64,000 bases of DNA from the NCBI GenBank assembly GCA_043228905.1, contig JBHGNT010000007.1:15996001-16060000 (forward strand). The letters are read 5' to 3'. Both the position numbers and the translations under genes were made by a program. Positions 39,901 through 53,531 of this stretch are shown one piece after another (position 1 is the stretch's first letter; every line of letters starts with the position of its first letter). This DNA comes from Azolla caroliniana (taxonomy: Eukaryota > Plantae > Polypodiophyta). The notes beneath the pieces were generated by a model. That model ran no database searches. It saw nothing but the letters and a program-made list of their open reading frames with translations, and was not told the origin of the DNA.

Positions 39901-41292
39901 CATAGTGAGTGCGAAATGCCGTTTTCCACTCATCTCTTGGTCGAATGTGAACAAGATTATATGCACCCCTTAAATCAATCTTTGTAAAATGTTTTGCCCC
40001 ACCAATGCGCTCTAAAAGACTGGAGATTAAAGGAAGAGCATACCTATTTCTTATGGTGACTTTATTTAATCCCCGATAGTCCACGACCAAACGAAGCGAC
40101 TCGTTCTTTTTCTTCACAAAAAATATAGGAGCACTGGCTCGAGACTTTGAATGTCGAATAAACCCATATGCAAGATTCTCCTCGATGTATTCTTGAAGAA
40201 CCTCAAGCTCAGTTGGTGACAGATGGTAGATTGAACCCCACAGTGGATCTTTTCCTAGTTGGAGGTCAATGGGATCCTTAACAATGATGTTTTCTGCAGA
40301 AGGGCACCAAATTTCACGCCTCGTCCAATCAATTCGTGGGTTATGTAGCTCGAACCATGGCAAACCAAGGACAATTGGATGCTCGGGGCTACAAATTATA
40401 TTAAAGGAAACTACACATCCTAAATCACCTAAGAGTATGTGTATTGGCTCAGACTCTTCGAATATCTTCCCGAAAGCTATGGGACGTCCATCAATCACTA
40501 CTACGGAAACTGGGCAAGGAAGTGTATGCAAGGATATTTGATGTTTTTGGGCAAAATCTCTATCCATGAAACAAGAATTGGCTCCGGTATCGAAGAGGGC
40601 TTGGACGTGAAGTTGGCAACTTGGTGTCTTAACTTGTACTTGGGCTGAGAAGACTCTACTAACATGCTAGGATGAAATGGAACCTACACTCGGTTGTATA
40701 GAGCTAGGGTTGTCCAACCAAATTGCTCCTATTTTGGCCGGACTTATTCGTTTGACTCCTCTTCTAATTGGCTTAGGACTTCAAACTTATTGGACAAGGG
40801 TGGATTATTCATAATATTAGAATCACTAAGTGCTTCTAAAATGTTGGACTCATTTTTATTGTCATAGTGAATGTAATTCTTATCACTTCATTCTTCTCTT
40901 GTTGTGATCTCTTTACACTCTATCTTTTCTCTTGGTTCTGACAGTTTGATTCGAATTCGTTTGAGAAGAATTATATGTCTATATTTATAGGTTCCTATAG
41001 CCTAGTGATTTCTGTAATGTTCTAGACCTAGAATATTCTAAGAAGTTCTAGGATATTCTAGAATGTTCTAGACCTAGAATATTCTAAGATGTTCTAGGAT
41101 ATTCTAGAATGTTCTAGACCTAGAATATTCTAAGATGTTTCAGAACATTTACAATAGTCAGTCTATTACAAGAAGTAGCTTTTATTATTTCATATGATCA
41201 TATGTTATCTTAATGGTTAAATTCTTGATTATGTATTACAAGGTCTTGGGTTCAAGCCCAACTGAAGCCATGATGCTTATGTATTCATGACA
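36960..41292 (-). mobile_element. Chromovirus (Tcn1/Tf1-like), gag deleted, 5' LTR partly inverted
   Basis: 3' LTR 36960-37378; PPT 37379-37391; chromodomain (EYEVATILDSKIV); INT ([14 protein letters not shown]); RH (EADASDFALG); RT (VDYRGLNK); rearranged 5' LTR 40877-41292; TSD cttga/attga. Confidence 0.9.
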
Positions 41293-41396
41293 ATTGAAGG
41301 CCAAGATATTTGAAGCTTTCCACACATTCAAGTGGCTTATTATTGTACATAATGCATGATTTATCTCTTTTTTGGCTCTTCACAAGCATAATCTTT

Positions 41397-41860
41397 GTTT
41401 TAGAGCTACTATCAAGCTCAACCTAGTCTAGGGTGTGAACACACCCTTTGAGAATCTATGAGCACTCAAAGGTCAAAAGTTACACCATTACTCTCTACAC
41501 ATTAACTATATATCATAGAATCATATTCTATGACACATAACTAATGAGTTCCATATTCACGATGACTAATGAGTCTTCACTTTGCCCAAGGTTCAAGAGA
41601 GAGAGTGGGCATTGTAGTGAGTTAATGAAGAGAGAAGGTGACCTTATATAAAGCACCCTCCTACTCCATGAGTCGGTTGTTACTCCTTGTAATGTTACAT
41701 GATTGTACTAAATATTCTCCTTGTTAATATACATCTTCTTCATGAGTACTTCATTTTCTCTTATCTATCTTGTGCCTCTCTTCTCTCCTCCCCTCTTCAC
41801 ACACATACACATAACACACATTCTGTTGCACATAACCATATCCAAATCTTTACAGAAACT
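41397..41860 (+). repeat. Degenerate LTR fragment related to 18902-19443
   Basis: Shares ctagtgtgtgaac-like, tcatattctatgacacataac and tatataaagcaccctcct blocks in reverse complement. Confidence 0.65.
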
Positions 41861-41929
41861 TTTAAGAAAGTGATTTTCTCATGTACAAACAAATATTTTT
41901 CGACCAACCGCACATCTTGGAAATGCACC

Positions 41930-43040
41930 AAGAAATGTAGTTCAAAGAAAAAATGGTTTGATAAAGAATTTTGTGAAGCTCGAAATTGCCTTATGGCAAT
42001 GGATATAGTTAAGAATATAGAAAATTAACAAAAGTATTTGCATGAGTATAAAAGGCTTATTGAAAGAAAGAGAAGAACATGGGAAGCTACTCAACAATAT
42101 CTCCAAACGCAAGAGAAAGCACATGCATGTGCTAAATTTTTGGGAAATTTAAAGGGGAAACGTTTTGAGAGTTATGGTGACTTAACTCTTCATGACTTGT
42201 CTATGGATTGTAAGAATTTATATGAGCTATTTGTTGCTAGAAAGAGGATTTGTTATGGTTCTCTTTGACATATGTTTCCCTTCTTTCCAATTGAAGATAT
42301 ATGCATAGGACTTAAGAAATTGGCCTTTTGAAAGGCAAGTGATCTTCAATATACAAAGGCTGAAATGCTCAAATGGACGGGAAAGGAAGCACTTGTATGG
42401 ATAAGTAATGAATGCATTGCAACATGGTATGTCTTATGATTGGACTACAAATTGAATCAAACCTTTACAAAAAGGTGGCGATATAATTTAATAATGTAAC
42501 CAATTATCAAACCATCATGGTTGGCTTGTTAATGACAAAACTATTTGGATGTACGATGGAATCAAAGATAAGTGTGTGGGCTGAAAAAATGGTAAAAGAG
42601 CTTATGGACAAGCTAGATTTTGAAAACACATAACATCATAGATCACCTTGTCACCCTTCTAGTATTAATGGAGGAAAGAAGCCTTAGAGGTAAATGTGTA
42701 TATCGTTGCTTTGTAAACTTTAAGAAAGCTTCCGATATGGTACCTCATGGGCATCTTTGGAGGCGAATGGAAGAACTCAAGGTGCCAAGTGAATATATGC
42801 TTGCAATTTGCTGAATATATGAGAAGGTTATATGTTGTGTGTATATGAGAGATAGACTTTTAGATTTTTTCAATAGCACTATTGGTGTTGAGAAATGATG
42901 CCCACTCTCACCAACACTGTTTAGTTTATGGATTGATGAATTGGAAGAAATGGTTGCCAAGTTGGTAAAGGAAGAATGTGTTGAAGAAGTTGCGATCAGG
43001 AATGTTGTCATTATGCTTTTGCTATATGCGAATAATGTAG
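41930..43040 (+). mobile_element. Degenerate RTE-like LINE reverse transcriptase fragment
   Basis: KKWFDKE; NYQTIMV; CFVNFKKASDMVPH..LW; CPLSPTLF; LLYANNV (YADD equivalent). Confidence 0.8.
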
Positions 43041-43591
43041 TGTCTGATTGAGCTCATAAGCGACCAAGGTGGACAGTTCATAGTTCAAGTGTGTCAGGGA
43101 CACACAAACCCTGGACTACATTAGAGCACGGATGACGAGGCTATGACCAATAAGGTTACGAACATGGAACTCGAAGTATGAGGCTAGAGACTATAGAAAT
43201 TGTGAGTGATGAGACAATAAACTTAGGAAGCTAGGATTAACTAGAGAGAATGAAGAGAAATATGAAGATCAAGGAGACAATATGGCCTGAAACAAGGAAA
43301 CTAGATTAATATGTCAATGATTGGTGTTGAATACCTCGAAAGGGACCAAGCAGGTTACAAATATTTATACTGTGAGCTAAAGTACACACATTAGAATATT
43401 CTGAAGAATATTTTGGAGACTATTCTAGAACCCTCTAAAACCTTCTAGTTCTAGAACTTGAATAGATAATCTACGAGGATATACATAACTTGATCATGTA
43501 TTTGGATGTGTTGGTTACAACATAATACTTGACTATAATACAAGAGGTCAAGAGTTAAAATCTTTACATAATTGTTGTCATGTCTTTGACA
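43041..43591 (-). repeat. Probable chromovirus-type LTR
   Basis: TGTC..TGACA ends; minus TATA at ~43362; ttctaga repeats as in the other chromovirus LTRs; no matching TSD. Confidence 0.5.
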
Positions 43592-43609
43592 AAATGGTTG
43601 AAAATTTGA

Positions 43610-43750
43610 CGACAATCTACGCAATAGTCCACGAGAACCGGACGGACTAGGACACGAAGTTGCACATCGCTTTGTGGATTTATCGGAGAACCTATAAGAT
43701 GAGCATCCGGTCAACACCGTTCCGATTGGAATTCGGTCTAGAAGCAGTTA
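43610..43750 (+). pseudogene. Athila-like integrase fragment
   Basis: KLHIALWIYRRTYKMSIRSTPFRLEFGLEAV, homologous to 57539-57700. Confidence 0.75.
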
Positions 43751-45045
43751 TAACACGTTCACGTTCACAAGTGGAAGGATTGCGCATTCCATTTATAGAT
43801 TCCTTTTATAATCTTGCGATTTTAGACAATTTTGAAAAACTTGATACACTAGTATCACATGTTTTAAATACCATGTAAAATTTGCTAATTTTTTGAGATT
43901 TAACAAGTTTCAAAATAATAATTTCTAGAATTGAATAGTTTTTCAGTAAATGTTTAAATGTGGATGGTTTGCAGATATGAAATGTAGTTAACTTAAAGAA
44001 AATCACAATGGTTAACTCAAGGCACAAGTTAAGATTAATAGTTTCACCATCTTGATGAGATTAAGATTACATCTTTTGTTAGACTTAAAAATGTTTTAAG
44101 TGTAAGAGGTAACATTGCAATCCTTAAGGTCATCATCTATAAATTTAGTGCTCATTAACACCCATAAATTCCCAACTCAAGAAATGTAGACAATATTCAT
44201 AAACAATTTTGATAAACCCACAAGGGGGCTTGCACCCCCTATGTTCCCTTTTGTAACTCTTTAACCCCTTATGGGGAATGAATGAAATAATGGACATTTC
44301 TGTCTCAATCTCTCCCTCTTGTCATCTATTTTTCTCTCTCCCTCTCTTACGAACCCCCTTGGGAGGGGGGTGAAGCCATTCTAGGCACCACCCCCCAGCC
44401 CGCAATGCTTCTCAATGCTCATCCCCACAATATCCCCATCACCATATATGTTCATCATCAATCCATCCTCGCTAACCATTTCCATCTTCAATACTATCAC
44501 TAACCCAAAAACCTATAACAGAGTTTAACGCATAAGCTTCAGAAAGTGATGGAACACTAGATGATGACGCATATGAGGAGGGACAATGAAACCAAATATA
44601 ACTTCATTGACCTCATTGATGAAAACTTTGAGGACTAAGACATTGATAATCCCGTCAAAATCATTGTAAGATGGGAGGTCGGTAATGAAATCTAACGCAA
44701 TAAATTTCCATCGTAAAGGTTTTATGAATCTATGTGGTTGATGTCACGAACTAAACTTGGAACAATATCGTGCATCGGAAATATAAATATGGTCCTCCAC
44801 AAAGTTACCATAATACCACCGCCAATATCATTAGGAAAAACTACCTCTAAACTCTTTTGAGCTCAAAAAGGTTAAAGTTATTAGCATAAAGTCACGTTTT
44901 GTTATAAGACCGAGGGTCTACAAAGACCATCCGAAACATATAGTAAATTATTTTTAAAAAGTAAATCCTCATGCCAATTGAGTGGGTTATAGTTTTGTTA
45001 GGAACTCCTTAATCTTCAACAAGAAGTATGATTTAAAAGAACATG

Positions 45046-48000
45046 TGTCATGATATAGCATAGTATGGCTTCAAAAGGATTTTAACCCATGACCTTATGT
45101 CCCATGGGTTGGTGCCTTACCATCAAGCTATCCATTATAATACAAAAAATATTATTTCCATTTATTATTTCACTTAGGAAATCCATGTATATTCTAGATT
45201 TCTCTGGAACATTCTAGAAACATGAAGAGTGCTCCTAAGCATACTATAAAAAGAGGCACATGGCATTATTGAGAACCAATTCGGTTCATCGCCAGTCTTA
45301 AGCCTCCTAGTTGTTCTTGTATCTTTCTTCTTATAATATAACATACTTTTTGTTGTCATCATTATCTCTCTCTCTCTTTCTTCTCACGTGGTTCTCGGAT
45401 ACTTTTTCCCTTCTTAGTACTAATCCTCATTCCTCTCCTCTACCTTTAGTACTAATTATCCTTGCCTCTAGTACTATCCCTGACAGTTTGAACCGAATTG
45501 TCTTCAGCTTCGTATCCCTCTATCCCTTCATAGTAATCTTCTTATCCTTCCTTCCTCCAATACTATGGAAATTATTAGCACTCAAGAATACCAATCTGTT
45601 TTCTTGGAGCTGCAGTGCTTGAAAGAAAGGTTTGTCGCATTGGAGCAAGAAAATCAATTGTTGTTGGGGGATTTTTAACAAATCTCTTTAGAAAAGCATC
45701 AATCACAACAACAACATGGGGAGTTAGCGTTACGCGTGCAACAAGTTGAAGCAACCATTGTAGCATTGCAACACCAAGGATCGAGTACTCAAGAGATTCA
45801 TAAAGAGCCCTAGATCGGCCTTCCTATGAAATTCAATGGAATGCAATCATAGTTCACAGGATTCCTTAATCAGGTACGATTAATTATTCAAATGCATCCT
45901 TCCCAATATCCCACCGATGCATCACGAGTGGGTCTAGTAGGCATGTTATTGAAAAAGGATGGATCACTTCGCCTCGTCGTAGGTTACCGTGGCTTAAATA
46001 AGGTCACCATCAGGAATAGGTATGCACTTCCCAAAGATCGACTTATGAGGCGCATATAACCTCGTACAGATCTGATCAGGAGATGAATGGAAGACCGCTT
46101 TTCGCACCCAATACGGGCACTTCGAGTATACGGTTATGCCATTCAGTCTCACCAATGCGCCAATAGTCTTCCAGCACATGGTAAATGATATATTCCAAGA
46201 TCTATTGGATATCTGTTTGATTATCTATTTGGATGATCTACTAGTTTATTCGAAGACTCAAGAAGAGCATGATTCTCATGTACTATTAGTACTAAAACAA
46301 CTTCGAGAACATGGTCTTTATGCAAAACTGGATAAATGTAGTTTTGACAGCAATCAAGTGGCATTTCTAGGCTATGTCATCTCATCGGAAGGCATCTCCA
46401 TGGATCTAACTAAGGTCAAAATGATGGTAGAGTGGTAGACTCCCTGTTCGTTGCAAGATGTGCAATGTTTTTTAGGCTTCGCAAATTTCTACTACAAGTT
46501 TATATAAGACTACTCAAAGCTTATTTTGCCTCTCACACAACTTACCAAGAAGGGGCAGGTGTTTGTTTGGTCTAAGGAATCAGACACGACTTTTGTAAGT
46601 CTTAAGAAAGCATTTACATCAGCTCCTATTCCAGCTTATGTTGATCTGAAAGAACCATTCATCATGGAGGCAGACGCGTCGGATTTCGCCCTTGGTAGCA
46701 TTGTGTCACAACAAGGTGATGATGAAAAACTACATCCTGTGGCTTTCCATTGGCGCAAGTTTGACGCCGCTGAAATCAACTACGAGATACATGACAAGTA
46801 GCTATTAGCAATAGTGGACTTTTTTGCGTAGTGGAGGCATATTTTAGAGGGATCTTCTCATCAAGCCACCGTATTCAGTGATCACAAAAACCTTGCCTAT
46901 TTCCAGAACATTCGTGTATTAGATCGACGACAAGCTCGGTGGGCCCAATTTCTCACTCTCTTGGACTTCAAAATTACATATCGCCCTGGGAAGTAGCACG
47001 GAAACGCAAATGCATTATCGTGGCCCTCGTATCTAGCACATCGTCCCAGCAATCCAACATTCAATAATCAAAAGCCAGTCATCCTGGGACCAACACGACT
47101 ATAAGCAACATGGGTTTGTGATACTCCATTGGATTCCCGTATTATCGAGACCATACGTGAGGACTTGAAGACAGACGCTTTCGCTAAAGCCATTTTAGCG
47201 CAAATTGATTCCTTGTAGGCGACCTGTTCACAGTCACAACAACCAAGTACGAACTATCGACTATAAGCAACGTGGGTTTGTGATACTCCATTCAATTCCC
47301 GTATTATCGAGACCATACGTGAAGACTTGAAGACAAACACTTTCGCTCAAGCCAGTTTAGCACAAATTGATTCCTTGCGGGCAACCTGTTCACAGTCACA
47401 ACAACCACGTACGGACTATCGACAATTCAAATGCCATGATAGATTACTATTCTTTAAGAAACTCTTGGATGTTCCCAATGGTTCTTGTTGCCTTCAAGTT
47501 GTCCAATATTTTCATGACACATATACAACTGGACATTTTGGTAGTACTAAAACGTTGGATTTAGTCAATGATAATTTTGGTGGCCTCATATGTGATGATT
47601 TGTTGAAGACTATGTTCGGACATGTGATACATGTTGCAGAACAAAGATGTCAAGATATCATCCATATGGTTTATTGGAACCATTACCAATTCCAAGCAAG
47701 CCGTGGCAGTTCATTTCTCTAGATTTTATCAAAGATCTTCCAATTTCAAAGGGATTCGATGCGATCTTAACAATAATAGATCGCGATACTAAGGTGACTG
47801 TCACATTTCCTACCTTGTACGAAGGCCATCACTAGTGAAGAAACTGCCAAAGTTGTCATGCATGAGGTATTTCGGCATCATGGTCTCCCGGATGGTATCA
47901 TCAACGACCGTGGACCTCAATTCATCTCGAAATTTTGGAAGCATCTCTTCAAAATGCTTAAGGTCACTTTTAACCTGTCCTCCAGCTATCACCCTCAAAC

Positions 48001-49201
48001 AGACGGACAATCAAAACGAACAAATAAGACGTTGGAATAGTATCTCCGGTGTTTTCTAAGCTATCAATAAGATGATTGGGCGGATATTCATCACTTTGCT
48101 GAATTTTCTTATAACAACTCTATTCACTCATCGACTAGGGTTACACCATTTTATGCTTATATAGGCTATCATCCTTGATAGTGTGTGCTCGAAACTCCGG
48201 AGTTACCCACAAATCCTCGTGTAGAAGATCATTTGGAGTGGCTATACAAGATACAGGTAGATCAATCCAGTTATATCAAGCTCAACAAACACATTAGGCT
48301 TATGTGGATCGTCATCGACTTCCATCTTGTTTTGACGTTGGAAATCGGGCATGGCTATTACGATGACACATCAAGACTACTCGACCATGCGGTAAATCCT
48401 TTCCGTATTGTTGGAAAAATTAATAATGTCACTTTTCGCCTTGATCTACCTCCGCAACTACGGATACATCCGATTTTTCATAGTTCTCTTCTTAAACCCT
48501 ATCAAGGCAACACTATCCTGAATCGTATTACACCACCTCCACCCCTAATCGAGCTTGAAGTCGGACCGGAGTACGAAGTTGTTGCCATCCTCAATTCCAA
48601 GATCATTCGCAACTAGCTCTACTATTTGGTCAATTGGCTAGGCTATAGTCCAAGCGAGCGTACTTGGGTACTTGGGAACCAGTCGAGAATGTGGTAAATG
48701 CTCGAGCTCTTATTGAGGACCTCCATTGGAAATATCCCGACAAGCCAGCTCCTCCATCGTCCGAAGGGGGGGGGGGGGGGTAGTGTCTTGATATAGCATG
48801 TTATGGCTTCAAAAGGAATCGAACCCATGGCCTTATGTCCCATAGGTTGATGCCTTACCATCAACCTATATATTGTAATACGAAAAATATTATTTCCATT
48901 CATTATTGCACTTAGGAAATTCATTTATATTCTAGAAACATCAAGAGTACTCCTAAGCATACTATAAAAAGAAGCACATAGCATTATTGAGAACCAATTC
49001 GGTTCAACGCCAGTCTTAAGCCTCCTAGTTGTTCTTGTATCTTTCTTCTTATAATATAATATACTTCTTGTTGTCATCATTATCTCTCTCTCTTTCCTCC
49101 CGGGTGATTCTCACACACTTTTCCCCCTCTTAGTACTAATCCTCATTCTTCTCCTCTACCTTTAGTACTAATTATCCTTGCCTCTAGTACTATCCTTGAC
49201 A
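45046..49201 (+). mobile_element. Chromovirus (Tcn1/Tf1-like) with both LTRs; most of gag and the protease deleted
   Basis: LTRs 45046-45485 and 48784-49201; perfect TSD acatg; G-run PPT ~48764-48780; RT (YLDD), RH (EADASDFALG), INT and chromodomain remnants. Confidence 0.95.
47096..47419 (+). repeat. 162-bp tandem duplication in the RH-INT linker
   Basis: Two copies starting cgactataagcaac; short (g)actat homology at the junction. Confidence 0.88.
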
Positions 49202-52200
49202 ACATGATTCATGAAATCATGTGCATCTATAAGCCTAAGTATGAAATTTAGATAGTTTGTTGTGATTGATAAAGAAATTGTGTTGTCCAAGCATGACATT
49301 TGGGGATCATGCATTAGACTTTGAAAGGTGGCTACGTGTAATAAGATGACGTGTATTGCTAAGATTTAGCGTGAAAATTATAATAATTTTGCGAGAAATG
49401 CTAATCTATGAAATGTTAAAACTCTACTATATATGAAGAAGATGATGGGCGGTAGCCTTTTTATAAGATTTTTATGATGACTAAGTATTTCTTATATGCA
49501 CATGGTATTCTAATAGATGCTCATAAATTTATCTCCTTCCTTTGACGACAAGTTCTGCTACTCACAATGCATGAACACGAACTCGGGTCAATGGGATATT
49601 GGTAAGGAAAATTTACAACTACAACTCTTTTAGCAATATTGAGGTTCTCCACAAGCTCCAAATTTCAACCACCAAGTGTATAATCTCTTGTAGACAATCA
49701 TGGACTGAAAAATGGTCTTCACCTCTAATATTACATCGTCCACAACCTCCTTGAAGTTAATTAGGGGGAACAACACAATTTGAAATAGATGTTAAAGCAT
49801 AAGGTTCAGAAAGAGATGGAACAATAGACGATGATGCATATGAGGGACAATGAGTCCAAATATAATTTCATTTACCTCATTGATGAAAATTTGAGGACTA
49901 AGACATTGATAATCCCATCCAAACCATTGTAAGATAGGAGGGCGGTAATGAAATCTAAAGCAATAAAACTCCATGGTAAAGGTTATATGAATCCATATGG
50001 TTGATGTTGAGAACTGAACTTGAAACAATATCATGCATCACAAATATGAATATGGTCCTCCAGAATCTTACCACAATACTGCCACCAATATCATTAAGAA
50101 AAAATAGCTCTTAAACTCTTCTGAACTCAAAAAGGTCAAAGTTATTAGCATGAAGTCATCATTTTGTTATAAGACTCAGAGTCCACAATGACCATCTGAA
50201 ACATATGGTGCATTATTTCTAAAAAGCAAAACTACATGACAACTAAGTGGATTATAGTTTTTTTAGGAACTCCTTGAGCTTCAAGAAGAAATATGATTTG
50301 GAACAAAATGATTCATGAAATCATGTGCATGTTTGAGCCTAGGTATGAAATTTAGATAATTTGTCGAGATTGATAAAGAAATTGTGTTGTCAATGCTCAA
50401 TGGCAATATCATATGTTGACGTATTCTCAATGTCATACCGTAAAATATTTTTGTATTTCAAACTCTAGAAATGAGTTCTAACATAGTTTGTTAACTTTTG
50501 AAATCCCTTGTGCAGATGCGTTGGTTAAAGGAAGTTTGGGCTATCCTAAAGGTATCACTTTATATTAATCCAATATGAGTTTCTCCACATTAGCATATTA
50601 TGCTTTCCTTTTCCTCGACATTAATCCAAGCAGGACATTTGCCAATCATGCAAATCAGATTGTGAAAGGTGGCTATGTGTGATAATATCATGTGTATTTC
50701 TAAGCTTTAGCATGGAACTTATAATAATTTTGCAAAAAATGATAATCTATTGATTAAAACTCTACTATATATCATGAAGATATTGGGTGGTAGCCTTATT
50801 AGAACATTTTTATGATGACTAAGTATTTTATATATTCACATGGTATTCTATGTAGATGTTCATAATATTATCTCCTTCCTTTGACGACAAGTTCTACTAA
50901 TCACAATGCATGAACTAGAACTTGACTTAGTGGGATATTGGTGATGAAATTCAACAACTCTTTTGGCAATTTTGAGGTTCTCCACAAGCTCCGTATTTCG
51001 ACCATCGGGTGTATAATTTAAATAATCAACCAAATAACATGATATCTTGTAAACAATCTTGGACCAAAAAATGGTTTTCACCTCTTATATTACATCATCA
51101 ACAAACTCATTGAAGTTAATTACGGAGAACAACACAATTTGAAATAGAGCTTAAAGCATGAGGTTCAGAAAGTGATGGAACACTAGACGATGACGCATAT
51201 GAGGAGGGACAATGAAACCAAATATAATTTCATTTACCTCATTGATGAAAACTTTGAGGACCAAGACATTGATAATCCCATCCAAACCATTGTAAGATGG
51301 ATGGGCGGTAATGAAATCTAAGGGTTATATGAATCCATATGGTTGATGTGGAGAACTGAACTTGAAACAATATCGTGCATCACAAATATGAATATGGTCC
51401 TCCAGAATCTTACCACAATACCGCCACCAATATCATTAAGAAAAAATAGCTCTTAAACTCTTTTGAACTCAAAAAGGTCAAAGTTATTAGCATGAAGTCA
51501 TCATTTTGTTATAAGACTCAGAGTCCACAATGACCATCTGAAACATATGGTGCATTATTTCTAAAAAGCAAAACTACATGCCAACTTAGTGGATTATAGT
51601 TTTTTTAGGAACTCCTTGAGCTTCAAGAAGAAATATGATTTGGAACAAAATGATTCATGAAATCATGTGCATGTTTTGCCTAGGTATGAAATTTAGATAA
51701 TTTGTTGAGATTGATAAAAACATTGTGTTGTCCATGTTCAATATCATATTTTTATGTATTCTCAATGTCCTAGAGTGTAATAGTTTTGTGTTTCAAACTC
51801 TTGAAAAGAAAAAAGGGAATTTTGGTGCTTGAAGAAAAATGTTTTCAGATGTAATCTCAGATTTAACATTATCGACCATTGTTTACACATAAGTATAATA
51901 TTCCTTCGTGTCGCTTGTTGATCGAGAAAGTTCTACAAAAATTTGTTAACTTTTCAAATGCCTTGTGAAGATGCCCTAAAGGTATCACTTTATATTAATC
52001 CACGATAATTTTATCCACATTAGTGTAGTCTGCTTTCCTTTTCCTCAACATTAATCCAACCATGGCATTTGGCAATCATGCATTAGATTATGAAAGGTGG
52101 CTACATGTGATAATATGATGTGTATTGCTAAGCTTTAGCATGGAAGTTATAATTTGGAGTGCCCACATTCCTTTCGGCAACTCCACCAATTCGTACGTAT

Positions 52201-53149
52201 GGTTCTCATGCAGGGAATCCATCTCATCCTGCATGGCACTTAACCATTTGCGGTTGTGAGTGTCATCCTTCGCTTCTTCGAAGCTTTCCAGGTCTCCTTC
52301 ATCGGTCAACAGCACATGCTCTGCATCTGGTAATCTCCGTGGGGCCCTTCTCTCTCTGAGAGGATATCTCCGTCTTTGGCCTTCCGGAACCGGCTCCACT
52401 ATTTGTTCTTCATCCGAGTCTGATTCGGGGTCTTGGCCGGTTCCGATTTCAGCTTCCTCTACTTCTTCTTCTGCCGGTTCAGTATCCTCACCGTAACCGG
52501 CTGGTTCCTCGAGTGTCAACCGGCTCTTAGCCGGGTGTGTCTGAATCTCATCGGAGTTCATTATCTTCTTCTCCAACTCCTAGTCGGCAAGAGTCTTGTC
52601 CTCCATGAAGATAATATCTCGACTCCGGAAAGCCTTCTTGTCAACCGGATCCCACACTCGGTAGCCACACTCATCATCGTTGTATTGTTAATCCTAGGGG
52701 CCGGACAACAGCCTAACATAGGGTGTCCACTTAAGACACTTCACCAAAGGGTGTTACGGCAAGATGACTTACGACACAACGTTTAATTAGACCTTAATCA
52801 ATTACTTAGCAACACATCATTAACACGCATAAGATATAACAATGAGTACAGAACAGTAATCAATACTAAAAGCTTAAGGCAATAAGTTCTATTAATTATC
52901 CATTGTCGATTGTCATTGTAATCGGGCCTTTATATAGGTCTCCGGTGCGAAGTACAAAACGGTGCCAACCGGCACCTTTTCGGGATCGGTCCGGATCCGG
53001 ATCGGCATACTGATTCCGATCTGTCCGTCCACATCTTCTCATATATTAATATATATTAAGACTACTAATTACAACAGTTCCTGAATAGACTATTCCTTTC
53101 ACACTCTGGTTTGGACCTCCTTAAGCCTTCTTGTCGGCCGGGTAACACA

Positions 53150-53166
53150 TGGCACGCCCGTGGGAC
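53150..53166 (+). promoter_or_regulatory. PBS-like sequence (tRNA-Arg type) at the position where the PPT is expected
   Basis: tggcacgcccgtgggac, 2 nt inside the 3' LTR boundary and antisense to gag-pol; no purine tract present. Confidence 0.7.
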
Positions 53167-53531
53167 AGTACCTTGTACGTCGAACCCATTATCCGACCCT
53201 TTTACGCTTCGTCCAAAATGTCCAGAATGCTTTGCTCCAGAATTTCCAATGGCTCGTCAGGAATCTGTTGTTGTTGTTGTGGCTGTTGTTCCGTTTGTGG
53301 TTGTGGCTACTCCGTTTGTGCCTTCTCTGTTTGGGGCTGCGGCTCCCTTTGTTGCTTTGGCACCGGCGTTTCCTTCGTTGGTTCCTCTGTCGGAGTTGTC
53401 TCTAGCTGACTGACCCCGTCCTAGTCCCCATTTGGTCCTTGTACCGGCGACGGTTCCTCATCACTAAGGTTGACCATTCCCGCCTTCCTCGCTTTTTCTT
53501 CCCAAAGCCGGGACCGCTCATAGCTCTCAAA

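Larger units (their letters stand above)
44526..52155 (-). repeat. Tandem array of three ~1.0-1.36-kb units containing chromovirus-derived remnants; first unit interrupted by the gypsy 45046-49201
   Basis: Unit starts at ~44526, ~49793 and ~51152; minus strand carries ALDFITDLP (integrase), YLVDYLNY..NLK (chromodomain) and a PPT-like aaggaaggagata. Confidence 0.8.

Noticed and set aside
45066-45133. Functional tRNA gene
   Set aside because: It has A/B-box-like motifs and a CCA end but no convincing cloverleaf, and it is part of an LTR. Reported only as a tRNA-like module.
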